From assembly GCA_040217195.1 (NCBI GenBank), contig JAVJNR010000008.1, positions 384,001 through 448,000 on the forward strand: DNA of 64,000 nt. Direction: 5' to 3'. Position 1 is the stretch's first letter; each line of letters starts with the position of its first letter. This document shows positions 1 to 9,955 of the stretch, in pieces. The notes beneath the pieces were generated by a model. It saw only the letters and a program-made list of their open reading frames with translations. It was not told the DNA's origin and searched no databases. Source of the DNA: Leptospiraceae bacterium (GTDB taxonomy: Bacteria > Spirochaetota > Leptospiria > Leptospirales > Leptonemataceae). A program made the position numbers and the translations under genes.

Positions 1-1
1 T

Positions 2-892
2 CGACTGGCAGAGTATGGCAAGACCCTGGAAGCCAACTGGAAGCTTTTGAACGAAAAGAAGCAGTTTGATAATCAGGCCGTTCTAAAAGTATGCCAGGCG
101 CTGGTGGAGGACATATTTGCGGTACCTCTGATCATTATTGCAGCCCGTCATACCCATGTATCTTCCAATCCACTGGTGGCTCATTCTGTTCATGCTGCCT
201 GCTATGGAGTGCACCTGGGCAAGGCCCTGAACTTTTCCCGGCCCCGCCTTCAAGAAGTCTGCTTTTCCGTCCTGCTAATGGACTCTGGCATGACACGGCT
301 GCCCATGGATTTGTACACATCCAAGACAGACCTGGAGGAACAGGAAAAGAATGCCATCCGTACGCATCCTCTAATCGGATACAGGATGCTTCTGAACGAT
401 GCCAGGGTGAAGGCCTCCCTGGCCGTTGTAGCTCTCCAGCACCAGGAATCGTTCAATGGTAAAGGCTATCCGCAGGGCCTGTCCGGTGGCCAAATCGATA
501 TAATGGCCCGCATCGCTCGCATCGTGGATACCTATTCAGCGCAACTAGAAGAAAGACCCTATCGACCGGCCAAGCTACACTACGATGCAATGAAAAACTT
601 GCTAAGTCTGGGCACGGAACAATACGATCCAAAGCTTTTGCGTGCATTTCTGGGTTGCATGGGAATGTATCCTCTCGGCTCACTGATTGAACTCAGTACA
701 GGTCAGATTGGCCTGGTGGTAGGAGCCAATGCAGAAAAACCCCTGAGACCGGTATTGCGACTGCTGCGGGATGAAAAGAAACTGCCTTATTCCGGCCTTA
801 CCTTTTTAGATCTAATGGAATACACGAATGTATACATCGTGCGGGCGATTTCAGAGCAAGATGCAGAGCTGGAACTGGAACAGGAGATGTAA
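2..892 (+). CDS. HD-GYP domain protein (c-di-GMP phosphodiesterase family), 5'-truncated, degenerate HD motif
   Basis: Frame is open from base 2. Carries QHQESFNGKGYPQGL (HHExxDGxGYP-like), ARIARIVDTYSA and RPYRPA motifs plus the YPLGSLIELSTG C-terminal module. The HD dyad reads MD (LLMDSGM). Confidence 0.85.
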   Translation, partial: RLAEYGKTLEANWKLLNEKKQFDNQAVLKVCQALVEDIFAVPLIIIAARHTHVSSNPLVAHSVHAACYGVHLGKALNFSRPRLQEVCFSVLLMDSGMTRLPMDLYTSKTDLEEQEKNAIRTHPLIGYRMLLNDARVKASLAVVALQHQESFNGKGYPQGLSGGQIDIMARIARIVDTYSAQLEERPYRPAKLHYDAMKNLLSLGTEQYDPKLLRAFLGCMGMYPLGSLIELSTGQIGLVVGANAEKPLRPVLRLLRDEKKLPYSGLTFLDLMEYTNVYIVRAISEQDAELELEQEM

Positions 893-1254
893 ATTACCTT
901 AAATGGCCTCCTGCTGTCTCCATCGAACTTTATCTTGAACTAAACTGAAATCTTTCACCATCTGACAAAGGCTGCTGCAAGATTCCAGGACTGGAACGCC
1001 CGCGCGGCCCGGATTATCATTCAGAATCCGGTTCTTTGATTCAGACTTATTCATCGATTCAGCGCTTTCGCAATAAGTAAATCCTCAAACATCAGAAGCG
1101 AAATCGTGAGGATACTGGCTTTTGATCCGGCACTCGGATAGGAAGTGAAATAGAAACCGCAGAATCAATTCGCAGTGAATGTTGGCTTCTTACGTCGGAT
1201 TCCAGGGCCGGCACTGTCATAAAAAGCGAAACAGAAGACACAGATCCCACATCA

Positions 1255-1689
1255 TTGTGTATGCAAGACTCCGGATCATTCATCGCTCCTTACTTTCGCA
1301 CAGGTAGGCGAATGCGCAACATGGGAGAGTGGAAAGCCTGCAGATTTTTAAGAAGATTGGGCTACAGAATACTGGCCCATAATTACTGCAACGGTCGAAA
1401 TGAAATAGATATCATCGCAATGAGCCACAAAGAGAAATTCTATCTGCACATGGTGGAAGTAAAGGCCCATAATCATCCCTGGAAGCATCCGTTATCCTCC
1501 CAGACGAATCTACGTAGACATAAAACAAGGAATGTGGCACGTGCCTTTTTAATCGAATATGTCGCCTACCTGCGCCTGAGTGGACATAAAGCACTTGCTT
1601 CGGAACTGAATGAGCTTGACTGGCCCCTGAGCTTTGACTTAATCTGGGTGAAAAGGGATGGCCCGGAACTCTTCTCTTCGATTTTTTAA
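1255..1689 (+). CDS. yraN: YraN/UPF0102 family PD-(D/E)xK nuclease (start uncertain, possibly about 1310)
   Basis: GEWKACRFL..GYRILAHNY..EIDIIA..VEVKA and FDLIWV motifs typical of YraN. Lies next to comM. Confidence 0.8.
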   Translation: MCMQDSGSFIAPYFRTGRRMRNMGEWKACRFLRRLGYRILAHNYCNGRNEIDIIAMSHKEKFYLHMVEVKAHNHPWKHPLSSQTNLRRHKTRNVARAFLIEYVAYLRLSGHKALASELNELDWPLSFDLIWVKRDGPELFSSIF

Positions 1690-1814
1690 AGTGGGATGGG
1701 AAAGTTCTCAGCCAATTTTGCCCGTGGGTCGAATGTACTCTTGTCGGCCACGGAAATATAAAAAGAGTAAGGTCGATTTCCACGGATGGAAATAAACGTT
1801 ACAGGGAAGTAACA

Positions 1815-2012
1815 ATGAAAATACTCCTCGAACCGGACAAGGAAGTCCAGCGGGAGAAGTACGGACCGGACCCTGTCTTGCTGAGAAAGCAGGGCGTGGA
1901 TATGGCAACCCGTGACATCTCCACATACAAAGAAAAGATCGTAAACGATGACTACATGGAGCATGCGATCAACCGTATCGCGATGGAGCTTTCGCATTTT
2001 CTTGCGAAATAG
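1815..2012 (+). CDS. Small hypothetical protein (65 aa)
   Basis: ATG preceded by purine-rich AGGGAAG. Helical C-terminus KEKIVNDDYMEHAINRIAMELS resembles small conserved spirochaete proteins (recalled, not searched). Confidence 0.6.
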   Translation: MKILLEPDKEVQREKYGPDPVLLRKQGVDMATRDISTYKEKIVNDDYMEHAINRIAMELSHFLAK

Positions 2013-3483
2013 AGTTCCAGTCGCTGTAGGTATAGCGTAACGCTTCAAGTATATGTGCCATCTGGATCCAGGCGGCCCCGGACATATCAGCTATGCTCCG
2101 GGCAAGCCGCCGGATTCGGTGACTTTTTCTGTTGCTCATATTTGAGGTCTCAGCACAAAACAGGTCCTTTGTTTGCTGATCGTTAAAGGCACAGAAATTC
2201 CAGTCCTCAATCTCTGAATTGTATCTTACTCCGGTTTGCCGGTACCTTTGTTCCTGGGCGTGCAGCAAATTCTGATACCATTCCAGAACCAGTTCCCTGG
2301 ATACAGAATCGGAATCACTTTCCAGAAATAGCTCAATATCCATTCTATCCTGAAGTGCACCCAGCATTCTGGCCTGATACTGCCTGATTGCTCCTGCATT
2401 ACATTGACAGATGCCTTCACTGGAACCGGCCATTCCACAGGGACAGGCATTGGCCGTAGCCATAAACCAGAATATACAGGGCAGTTGCTCTTTTTGAGCC
2501 CCCCGGGCAATGTGAACCTTTTGAGAATCCAGAGGCTCTCGCAGGGACTGCAAAACCTCTCTGCGAAACTCTCCCAGCTCATCCAGAAGAAGCATTCCAT
2601 GATTCGCCTCGGTAGTCTCTCCCACCTTTACGGGGCTTCCTCCTCCAATCATGGCAACACGTGTGATGCTGTGATGAGGCCTTCTAAACGGACGGTGTAC
2701 TTCTGAAGTCTTCTCGCTGCCATTCATGCGAAGAAAAATCTCTCTGCATTCCGTAGAGTCCGGTAATGGTAGCATCTCATAGATGAGATGGGCCAGAGTA
2801 GTTTTTCCCGATCCTGGAGGTCCCATACAGAGCATACTGTGCCTGGCTCCCGCAGAAGCCACCGCAGCACGCATGGCCATCCAATTATAATTACGATTTT
2901 TCAAGGAAAAGGGGGGAACCTGTTTCTGGTCCTGGCCCTCTCCAATGCAGATGACCGATGGATTATCCCGACTCTTCTGAGATTCAAGCATGGATGCAAC
3001 ATCCGTAAGATTCACCGGAGCAGCCGAACCAAATGAAGTGACGATCTGATCTGGATAATTTGCTGTCAGTGTATGGAATTCCAGGGTTCCAGCTACCGAA
3101 AGCATCCGGCCTGGCTGTAATAGTCTGCGAACGGAACCATCCAGGCTGAGTTTTCCCAGACAGGCCTGCCCGGCTCCGGAAAGCCCTGGTAGCGAGTAAC
3201 CAAGAGCTTTCAGCAGTACCACAGCCACTGGCAAATCCAGTAGTTCTTCAAGATGTCGGTCCACCTGGCCTTCTGCGTGCAGAGTGACATTCCGATGCTT
3301 CAATCGAATCCCATTCATTTGCAGAGCGCATACAACTCTCTCAGTGATTTCTCTGGCCCTGGATGGAGCAATGCCAGAAAAGCTGAACTCTGGAATTCCG
3401 GTCCGGACCACCACCTCCAGCGTGAGAACAACTGGATTTCCTGCACTGTTCAACAAAGGAGTCTGCAAGGATGCATATTCCAT
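1969..3483 (-). CDS. comM: ComM/YifB family Mg-chelatase-like AAA+ ATPase
   Basis: Lon-like N-domain (GIPEFSFSG, LDLPVAV, GKLSLDGSVR), Walker A GPPGSGKT, RPFRRPHHS, Walker B LLLDE, CPCG..CQC zinc site and HILEALRY terminus. Start placed at ATG 3483 (ORF track starts at 3519). Confidence 0.9.
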   Translation of the reverse strand: MEYASLQTPLLNSAGNPVVLTLEVVVRTGIPEFSFSGIAPSRAREITERVVCALQMNGIRLKHRNVTLHAEGQVDRHLEELLDLPVAVVLLKALGYSLPGLSGAGQACLGKLSLDGSVRRLLQPGRMLSVAGTLEFHTLTANYPDQIVTSFGSAAPVNLTDVASMLESQKSRDNPSVICIGEGQDQKQVPPFSLKNRNYNWMAMRAAVASAGARHSMLCMGPPGSGKTTLAHLIYEMLPLPDSTECREIFLRMNGSEKTSEVHRPFRRPHHSITRVAMIGGGSPVKVGETTEANHGMLLLDELGEFRREVLQSLREPLDSQKVHIARGAQKEQLPCIFWFMATANACPCGMAGSSEGICQCNAGAIRQYQARMLGALQDRMDIELFLESDSDSVSRELVLEWYQNLLHAQEQRYRQTGVRYNSEIEDWNFCAFNDQQTKDLFCAETSNMSNRKSHRIRRLARSIADMSGAAWIQMAHILEALRYTYSDWNSISQENAKAPSRYG

Positions 3484-3543
3484 ACTGCTAGATGTGTCAT
3501 CCGAAAGAAGCGTTGCCAAAAAAAGGGCCGGTCAGGATTCTGC

Positions 3544-3951
3544 ATGGGCATGCTTCCAGAATTTAGAAATAAAAAAGCAATCCTGGCTCTAATGCCATTG
3601 TTATTCGCCGCTTATTGCTCTTCTCCAATCCTGAAAACCGGTGAAACAGTTCAATGGAATCAGGAACTGGAGAAAACGGTTTATCGTGCAAAAACTGATA
3701 TTTTTCCTGAGTTCGCCAACCAGGCAGATAAAGACAACCCACTGTTTCCACGGGGAACTTTACTCAAAATCCAGGTAGAGAGCTCTCCGGACTGGGTCAA
3801 GATTCGAGCCCGGGAAGCTAAAAAGGAAAGAGAGAATACGCCAGGCCATGTGATTATGTACCTTTTCTCCGACGATGTGGATACAGAGAAGGGAAATGGT
3901 CGACAGCTTGTGGAGGAGCGGCTAAACCAGCTACTGAGTCCAGCCAACTGA
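3544..3951 (+). CDS. T2SS-associated lipoprotein (spirochaete type)
   Basis: Basic N-terminus, hydrophobic stretch and lipobox-like FAAY-C. First gene of the gsp cluster. The upstream part of ORF 3253..3951 is antisense to comM. Confidence 0.7.
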   Translation: MGMLPEFRNKKAILALMPLLFAAYCSSPILKTGETVQWNQELEKTVYRAKTDIFPEFANQADKDNPLFPRGTLLKIQVESSPDWVKIRAREAKKERENTPGHVIMYLFSDDVDTEKGNGRQLVEERLNQLLSPAN

Positions 3952-4075
3952 GCACTATCCCTTTCGGGGCCCTGGCCGTAGAACCAGATTGCAGAAAGAT
4001 CTTCAGGCGTATCGCCAGGCAGGAAACACTCAGGAATCATTGAATATGATGAAGCAAATGGTCGATAAAGCATCT

Positions 4076-5131
4076 ATGAGGTCTGCTGCGAAATGGGTAC
4101 TGGGCATCTTTCTGATTTCCGGTGCACTCCAGGCACATCCAGGAGCTGAACAGGGCCAGGACCTGATTGATGATGCCATTGAAAAGTACTTCCAGGGCAT
4201 TGAATCTACTAACTCTGTAGATCTGGATCAGAAAAAACTAGAACAAGCTTTTGGAAAACGGACCCCGGCCATCTTAATTCCAGAATCCATTGCCAGCGAT
4301 GAAGACCTGGAGAAGCAAAGCGATGAATCCTTCTCTTTTGCCAACACCTCGGATCTAAAAACAGAAAACTACACGGTTCAAAAAGGCGATACCTATTACT
4401 CAATTAGCCAGAAACTGGGCATCTCGGTGGCCCAGATAAAGACTTTGAATCCGGCTGTAGATCAAAATGACCTCAATGTAGGCCAGAAGTTGAAAGTTAA
4501 GGGCAGTCCGGAACCGGTAGAAAAGAAAGAAACCTACGTGGTCAAAAAGGGAGATACTCTGTACAAGATTGCCCAGGGGCAGGGAGTGTCGGTTGCCAGT
4601 ATTGCAGATTGGAACAAGATTCGCATTAACGATCCACTGAAAGTGGGCCAGAAACTGGTTATCATCAAGAAAGGACTGCCGGCAGGCTACTCCTATCGCC
4701 CGGTATTCATTCGTCCTATTGAAGGCAGACTCACTTCAGGATACGGAAAGAGACGAAACCCATTTTCCGGTAGTTATCATTTCCATAAAGGATTGGATTT
4801 TGGTGCACCCATGGGCGCAGAAATCAAAGCCTCCCGGGATGGCCTGGTTATCTATTCTGGTAGAATGAACGGATATGGAAACGTTGTTTTCCTTCGTCAT
4901 GCCGATGGATACCTTTCTGTTTATGCTCATGCACGGTTGAATCGAGTCAAAAAGGGCGACATTGTACGTCAGGGACAGGTAATTGCTGAAGTAGGTCGAA
5001 CTGGCGCTGCCACCGGGCCACACCTCCACTTTGAGGTTCGCAAAATGAAGAAACCCATGAATCCCTGGATAGCTCTTAAAATGAAAGAAGCTGTACCTGC
5101 CGGTACCAAAGAAGCCGCCTACAAAGACTGA
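4076..5131 (+). CDS. LysM-containing M23 family peptidoglycan endopeptidase
   Basis: Signal peptide, two LysM repeats (YTVQKGDT, YVVKKGDTL), and M23 motifs HKGLD and GPHLHFE. Stop overlaps the gspC start. Start placed at ATG 4076. Confidence 0.92.
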   Translation: MRSAAKWVLGIFLISGALQAHPGAEQGQDLIDDAIEKYFQGIESTNSVDLDQKKLEQAFGKRTPAILIPESIASDEDLEKQSDESFSFANTSDLKTENYTVQKGDTYYSISQKLGISVAQIKTLNPAVDQNDLNVGQKLKVKGSPEPVEKKETYVVKKGDTLYKIAQGQGVSVASIADWNKIRINDPLKVGQKLVIIKKGLPAGYSYRPVFIRPIEGRLTSGYGKRRNPFSGSYHFHKGLDFGAPMGAEIKASRDGLVIYSGRMNGYGNVVFLRHADGYLSVYAHARLNRVKKGDIVRQGQVIAEVGRTGAATGPHLHFEVRKMKKPMNPWIALKMKEAVPAGTKEAAYKD

Positions 5132-5997
5132 TGTCCTATTTCCTTGCAAGACTGCAGAAGAATATCTTTCTTCTTTCCGTTGGCGCAGGGGCATTCCTGG
5201 GAGCGTCTCTCGCTTATTTGATCATCGTCTTTCTTTCCTCCCAGCTTGGCAGTGCTTCTGCCGATCCGCAGGCAGGTCCCGGGAACGGATCCAACCCGGG
5301 CCCCATAATCACTCCTCCGCCATCCCGACCGTTCGAAGATTATCAGGAAATCATTTCAGGGAATTTCTTTCGTGATTCGCCTGTAGTTAAAGGCGAAGAG
5401 GGAATTGAAATCGCGGAGATCAAACAATTTACTTTAATGGGCGTTCTGGCCGGATCCCCGGAATTTGCCAATGCAGCCATTCAACTGGAAGGGGAATCCG
5501 AACCTAACGAATACTACCTGGGCGAAGAGGTGGGGGGCTCCAAAATAATCAGTATATTCGCTGAAGGAATTGTGATTCAGCGTGGCGATTCCAAACTCAC
5601 CATTCGTGTAGGCGAATCCACCGGTACTGCAATTGAAAAGCAACAGGCCCAAAATCAAACGGAATCAGATCCCAATGCTACCAAAATAACCGTACAGAGA
5701 TCCAAAATACTGGAACTGGCCAACAACCAGGAGATCCTCTACGAAAACAAATTTGCTCCCATTACCAAAGATGGAAAGATCCTGGGACTTCGCTTAATCA
5801 TGGTTCCTCAGAGTAATATTCTCTATGAAATGGGAGCCAGAAGCGGTGACATTTTGAAAAGAGTGAACGGCCAACCTCTGGAAAAGCCGGAAAAGATGTT
5901 TCAGATCTGGCAATCAGTAAAGACCCAGGATAAATTCACTGTGGATCTGGAAAGGGGCGGCAAAAACATCCCCTACGAAATCATTATTCAAAATTGA
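5131..5997 (+). CDS. gspC: Type II secretion system protein C (TM-HR-PDZ)
   Basis: N-terminal TM, HR domain (FTLMGVLAG..AAIQ..YYLGEEVGG) and PDZ domain (GARSGDILKRVNG, VDLERGG). Lies before the secretin. Confidence 0.85.
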   Translation: MSYFLARLQKNIFLLSVGAGAFLGASLAYLIIVFLSSQLGSASADPQAGPGNGSNPGPIITPPPSRPFEDYQEIISGNFFRDSPVVKGEEGIEIAEIKQFTLMGVLAGSPEFANAAIQLEGESEPNEYYLGEEVGGSKIISIFAEGIVIQRGDSKLTIRVGESTGTAIEKQQAQNQTESDPNATKITVQRSKILELANNQEILYENKFAPITKDGKILGLRLIMVPQSNILYEMGARSGDILKRVNGQPLEKPEKMFQIWQSVKTQDKFTVDLERGGKNIPYEIIIQN

Positions 5998-6297
5998 TTG
6001 GTTCCTTTCCTGTAAGACGACTCATCCAACCGGGCAGCCCGGTCCGGGCTATCCATCCAGCCGACCATCCAGGTACCAGAATCCTTTCCTTTTCGATGCC
6101 TTTATTTTAGCAGTTATGTCCATTATTCCCGGGATTTAATGAAATGATTACGCGAACCTTTGGCCTGGCGGACCACCCCCTGGAAGTGCTTTCCCTTTTA
6201 CTGAATTAACACAATTCATCGACCAGAATTAGTGCGCTACCGATTCAGAATTGGCACTGCCAAATCCGATAGATAGAAAAAGTCATCGGACAATCAA

Positions 6298-8232
6298 ATG
6301 CGGCGATCGTTATATACAAAGAGTATTGCTCTGCTTTTGGGCTTTTTCCTGATTACAGGCCCGATCATGGCAGAACGTCCTCCTCAGAGGGCGCCCCGGG
6401 GAACCTTCATCCCCAACTTCAGGGACATGGAAATCAAAGATTTCCTGGAAAACATGGCCCGCGTCACCAGGAAAAACATTCTGGTAGATGACTCGGTAAA
6501 AGGCAAAATCAATATTATCTATTACAAGCCCATTCCTATTTCCAGGGCTATGGACTTTCTGCGAAGCGTTCTGGAGGTGCGAGGCTACGCAATCGTAGAA
6601 GAGGGCAACATCATAAAGGTCATTCCGGCAGAGAAAGCGCAGACCGTTTCCGAGGCCACGGATGGGGAGATCGATTCAAACGCCACGGAGACTCTGAGCA
6701 AGGTATTTAAAGTGCCGCCCAGGGTTAACCTGCAGGAATACGCTCAACTATTAAAAAGCCTGGCAGGTAAGGGAGCCCAGGTTGAAACCTATCGCTCCGG
6801 TAATGCAGTTATCGTCACCGGTTATGCTCCTGTTGTTAAGCGATTGATGGATATTACTAAATCCATCCTTCCCGATGGCATGGATAAGGATGGATCTCAG
6901 GGCAATGAAGGAGTCCATATCTATCAGGTAAAAAATCTTCAGGCCGAAAGTCTGGCTCAGGTTCTTGTTCGTTTGGACAATCCAGCTGCGGCACAAGAAG
7001 AGGGCGAAGATGGTAAACCCAAGGCAGTCACCACAACCGGAAAGATCAAAGCGGTGGCACACAAGGAATCCAATTCCATAATTGTAACTGCAAACTCGAA
7101 AGAATGGGAAGAAATAAAGAACATCATAGATCAACTGGACCAGAAAAGACAACAGATACTTCTGGAAGTACTGATCGTTGAAGTAAGAGGAAGCAATACA
7201 AATGACTTTGGTATTGACTGGCGATACCAGGGCGTAAACTCGGCGCATACGCAGTTTAACTCCGGTTACGCTGTGGAAGGTAACCTGGTGGATCCGGAAA
7301 CCGGGCGAATCACAGGTAACAACACCCTGTCCGGTTTTTCCCTGGGCTTTCTGGAACGCGGCGGCGAGCTTCTGGGAATCTTTAACGCAAACATTGACAA
7401 TCAAAACTTTAATGTGCTGTCTGCGCCCCAGGTTCTAACTCTGGATAATCAGGAAGCAGAGATCAATGTGGGTCAGGACGTTCCGGTGAGAACCCAGGAA
7501 AGGACGTCCGGCGGCGGAGCATCTGAAGCGACTGTAAACTCCTTTGAGTATCGTCCTGCAGGAATCAAGCTCAAGTTCACTCCTCATATCAATACGGAAG
7601 GCAACATCTCACTGGATGTATTCGCCGAGATTACCAACATTGAGGGCGGAGTTTCTTCTATCAGTAATCCTACTTTTAATAAGCGAAATGTAAAAACCTA
7701 CATCACCGTGGATAATCAACAAACCATCGTAATCGGCGGTCTGGTATCCAATGAGCGATTACAGGCCATAAAGCAGATACCACTTCTGGGAGACATCCCA
7801 TTGCTGGGTTTTCTCTTTCGCCGCACTACAATGACCAATCAGAGAACCAACTTGATGATATTTATCACTCCTCATATCCTGGATGACCGGGACGATGCGG
7901 ATCGAATTACAAATTTCAAACGAGAAACCCAGATTCAGGAAAGCCGCAAACGAGTGGAAGAGCTGAACCTGTGGCCTCAGCCAGACCCACCAGGTGGCCG
8001 GGAGGAAATACTGGAGGATAATGTTGAAGAGCATCCTGTGAAACCTTATAAGCGTCCCAATTTTGAGGAGCTGAGCAAGCCAAAGCCCTCCCGGGAAAAG
8101 GTTGAGGATCCCATGGATTCGGACAGCTCCGATGACATTAACTCTGGCCCTGATTCCAATTCTTACGGTCCGGAGCCCGCTACGGACACGGATACTCCGA
8201 AAGACGCAGAGGAAATGGAAGAGGAGCCCTGA
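6298..8232 (+). CDS. gspD: Type II secretion secretin
   Basis: N0 domain (NFRDMEIKDF), N3, and secretin motifs QILLEVLIVEV, LSAPQVLTLDNQEAEINVG, IPLLGDIPLLGFLFR and NLMIFITPHI. Confidence 0.96.
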   Translation: MRRSLYTKSIALLLGFFLITGPIMAERPPQRAPRGTFIPNFRDMEIKDFLENMARVTRKNILVDDSVKGKINIIYYKPIPISRAMDFLRSVLEVRGYAIVEEGNIIKVIPAEKAQTVSEATDGEIDSNATETLSKVFKVPPRVNLQEYAQLLKSLAGKGAQVETYRSGNAVIVTGYAPVVKRLMDITKSILPDGMDKDGSQGNEGVHIYQVKNLQAESLAQVLVRLDNPAAAQEEGEDGKPKAVTTTGKIKAVAHKESNSIIVTANSKEWEEIKNIIDQLDQKRQQILLEVLIVEVRGSNTNDFGIDWRYQGVNSAHTQFNSGYAVEGNLVDPETGRITGNNTLSGFSLGFLERGGELLGIFNANIDNQNFNVLSAPQVLTLDNQEAEINVGQDVPVRTQERTSGGGASEATVNSFEYRPAGIKLKFTPHINTEGNISLDVFAEITNIEGGVSSISNPTFNKRNVKTYITVDNQQTIVIGGLVSNERLQAIKQIPLLGDIPLLGFLFRRTTMTNQRTNLMIFITPHILDDRDDADRITNFKRETQIQESRKRVEELNLWPQPDPPGGREEILEDNVEEHPVKPYKRPNFEELSKPKPSREKVEDPMDSDSSDDINSGPDSNSYGPEPATDTDTPKDAEEMEEEP

Positions 8233-8281
8233 GAATTAATGAAATGGTTGCTTTCGGAACGGCCCGGGGTGCAATGAAGCT

Positions 8282-9955
8282 ATGAGAAAGCCTTTTGGCG
8301 AAATTCTTCTGGAAGAGGGGGTCATCAACCGCGAAGAGCTGGATGAAGTCCTCAAGATCAAAGAGAAGTCTCCGCTTCGCATAGGTCAGATCATTCAGAA
8401 AAAGGGAATGGCCGAAGAGGCGGATGTACTAAAGGCTCTGGCCAACCAGTACGGCTACAAATTCGAAACCAAGCTTAATTATCAGTCCGATCCTCTTTTC
8501 AGTCGCATTCCCCGGCAGCTAATTGAGCGAAACCGGGTGATTCCCATTTCCAGAAAAGGAAAAACGATCACTGTGGCCGTGGCCAATCCGGCAGAGATCC
8601 ATCCCATGGATGATATTCGCCAGTACCTAAAAGGCTACAGGGTGAACTTCGTTATGTCCTCGGATACGGAGATCATGCGAATCATTCATGCAAACTTCCA
8701 GCAGGCCAGTGCTACAGCCGAGGAAGTAATGGAAGGCCTGGACGGCGATGAGTATGCAGACCTGGACAGCCTTTCGGAAGATACAATGGATATGGCCAAT
8801 GAGGCCCCCATCATCCGAATGGTGAATGCAATCCTTTCCCAGGGAGTACAGGAAAGAGCCTCCGATATCCATATTGAGCCATACGAAAAGACCCTGGATA
8901 TTCGGTATCGTATTGACGGTATCCTGCACCCCAGATTGAGCCCTCCGCGTATGATCCATGCAGGAGTGGTATCCAGAATCAAGATTATGGCGAATATGAA
9001 CATCGCCGAAAATCGATTACCCCAGGATGGGCGAATCAAGATCAAACTTTCTGGTAAAGAAGTAGATATTCGCGTATCTACCATTCCCACTCGTTACGGT
9101 GAGAGAGTGGTAATGAGACTCTTGAATAAGACAGATGTTAAATTCAGCCTGCAAACCCTGGGCTTTTATCCAGATGTGGAGCAAAGCATTCGAAACGTTA
9201 TCGCCGAGCCAAATGGAATTATTCTGGTAACCGGTCCCACGGGCTCCGGTAAGTCCACCACACTGTACGCTGTTCTTAGCGAACTGAATCAATCCGAGCG
9301 AAACATCATGACTGCCGAAGATCCGGTGGAATATGAAATATCAGGAGTGTCCCAGACCCAGGTCCAGGATAAGATTGGCCTTTCCTTTGCTCATTGTCTT
9401 AGAACCATGCTTCGCCAGGATCCAGATATCATTATGGTAGGTGAGATTCGAGACCAGGAAACGGCTCGTATTGCCATTCAGGCTGCTCTTACAGGTCACC
9501 TGGTTCTGTCCACCCTCCACACAAACGATGCACCTGCGGCCGTCACCAGGTTAATTGATATGGGAATTGAGCCCTATCTGATCACTTCCACCGTGCGAGC
9601 TGTTATCGCGCAAAGGCTTGTGCGAGTCATATGTCCGCATTGTAAGACTACCTATAAACCGCCCGCCGGAGAATTGAAGGATCTTGGAATTACTCCTGGT
9701 CAGCTCAAGAAAGGAGTTCTTTACAAAGGCGAAGGATGCGATCAATGCGTGGGCACCGGCTATATGGGTCGAAACGGTCTTTATGAATTCATGGAAGTGG
9801 ATACACAGGTCCAGAGAGCCATCCTGCAAGGAAAGGACTCAGAACAAATCCGTGAAGTGGCCGATGCTCAGGGGATGATGACTCTGCTGGAGTACGGTCG
9901 CCGAAAGGTGATAGACGGACTCACAACACCGGAAGAAGTGTTACGTGTCAGCTAA
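8282..9955 (+). CDS. gspE: Type II secretion ATPase
   Basis: ASDIHIEP, Walker [34 protein letters not shown] and CxxC..CxxC zinc motif. Confidence 0.97.
   Translation: MRKPFGEILLEEGVINREELDEVLKIKEKSPLRIGQIIQKKGMAEEADVLKALANQYGYKFETKLNYQSDPLFSRIPRQLIERNRVIPISRKGKTITVAVANPAEIHPMDDIRQYLKGYRVNFVMSSDTEIMRIIHANFQQASATAEEVMEGLDGDEYADLDSLSEDTMDMANEAPIIRMVNAILSQGVQERASDIHIEPYEKTLDIRYRIDGILHPRLSPPRMIHAGVVSRIKIMANMNIAENRLPQDGRIKIKLSGKEVDIRVSTIPTRYGERVVMRLLNKTDVKFSLQTLGFYPDVEQSIRNVIAEPNGIILVTGPTGSGKSTTLYAVLSELNQSERNIMTAEDPVEYEISGVSQTQVQDKIGLSFAHCLRTMLRQDPDIIMVGEIRDQETARIAIQAALTGHLVLSTLHTNDAPAAVTRLIDMGIEPYLITSTVRAVIAQRLVRVICPHCKTTYKPPAGELKDLGITPGQLKKGVLYKGEGCDQCVGTGYMGRNGLYEFMEVDTQVQRAILQGKDSEQIREVADAQGMMTLLEYGRRKVIDGLTTPEEVLRVS

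Noticed and set aside
3253..3543. N-terminal extension of ORF 3253..3951
   Set aside because: Antisense to comM, and the lipoprotein signal begins at ATG 3544/3550.
6029..6050. Overlapping GC dyads after gspC as an attenuator switch
   Set aside because: Loops would be 1 nt and no U tract follows immediately.
6751..7404. Long antisense ORFs (e.g. within gspD, the kinase and sucCD)
   Set aside because: Shadow frames of well-supported genes, with no independent motifs.
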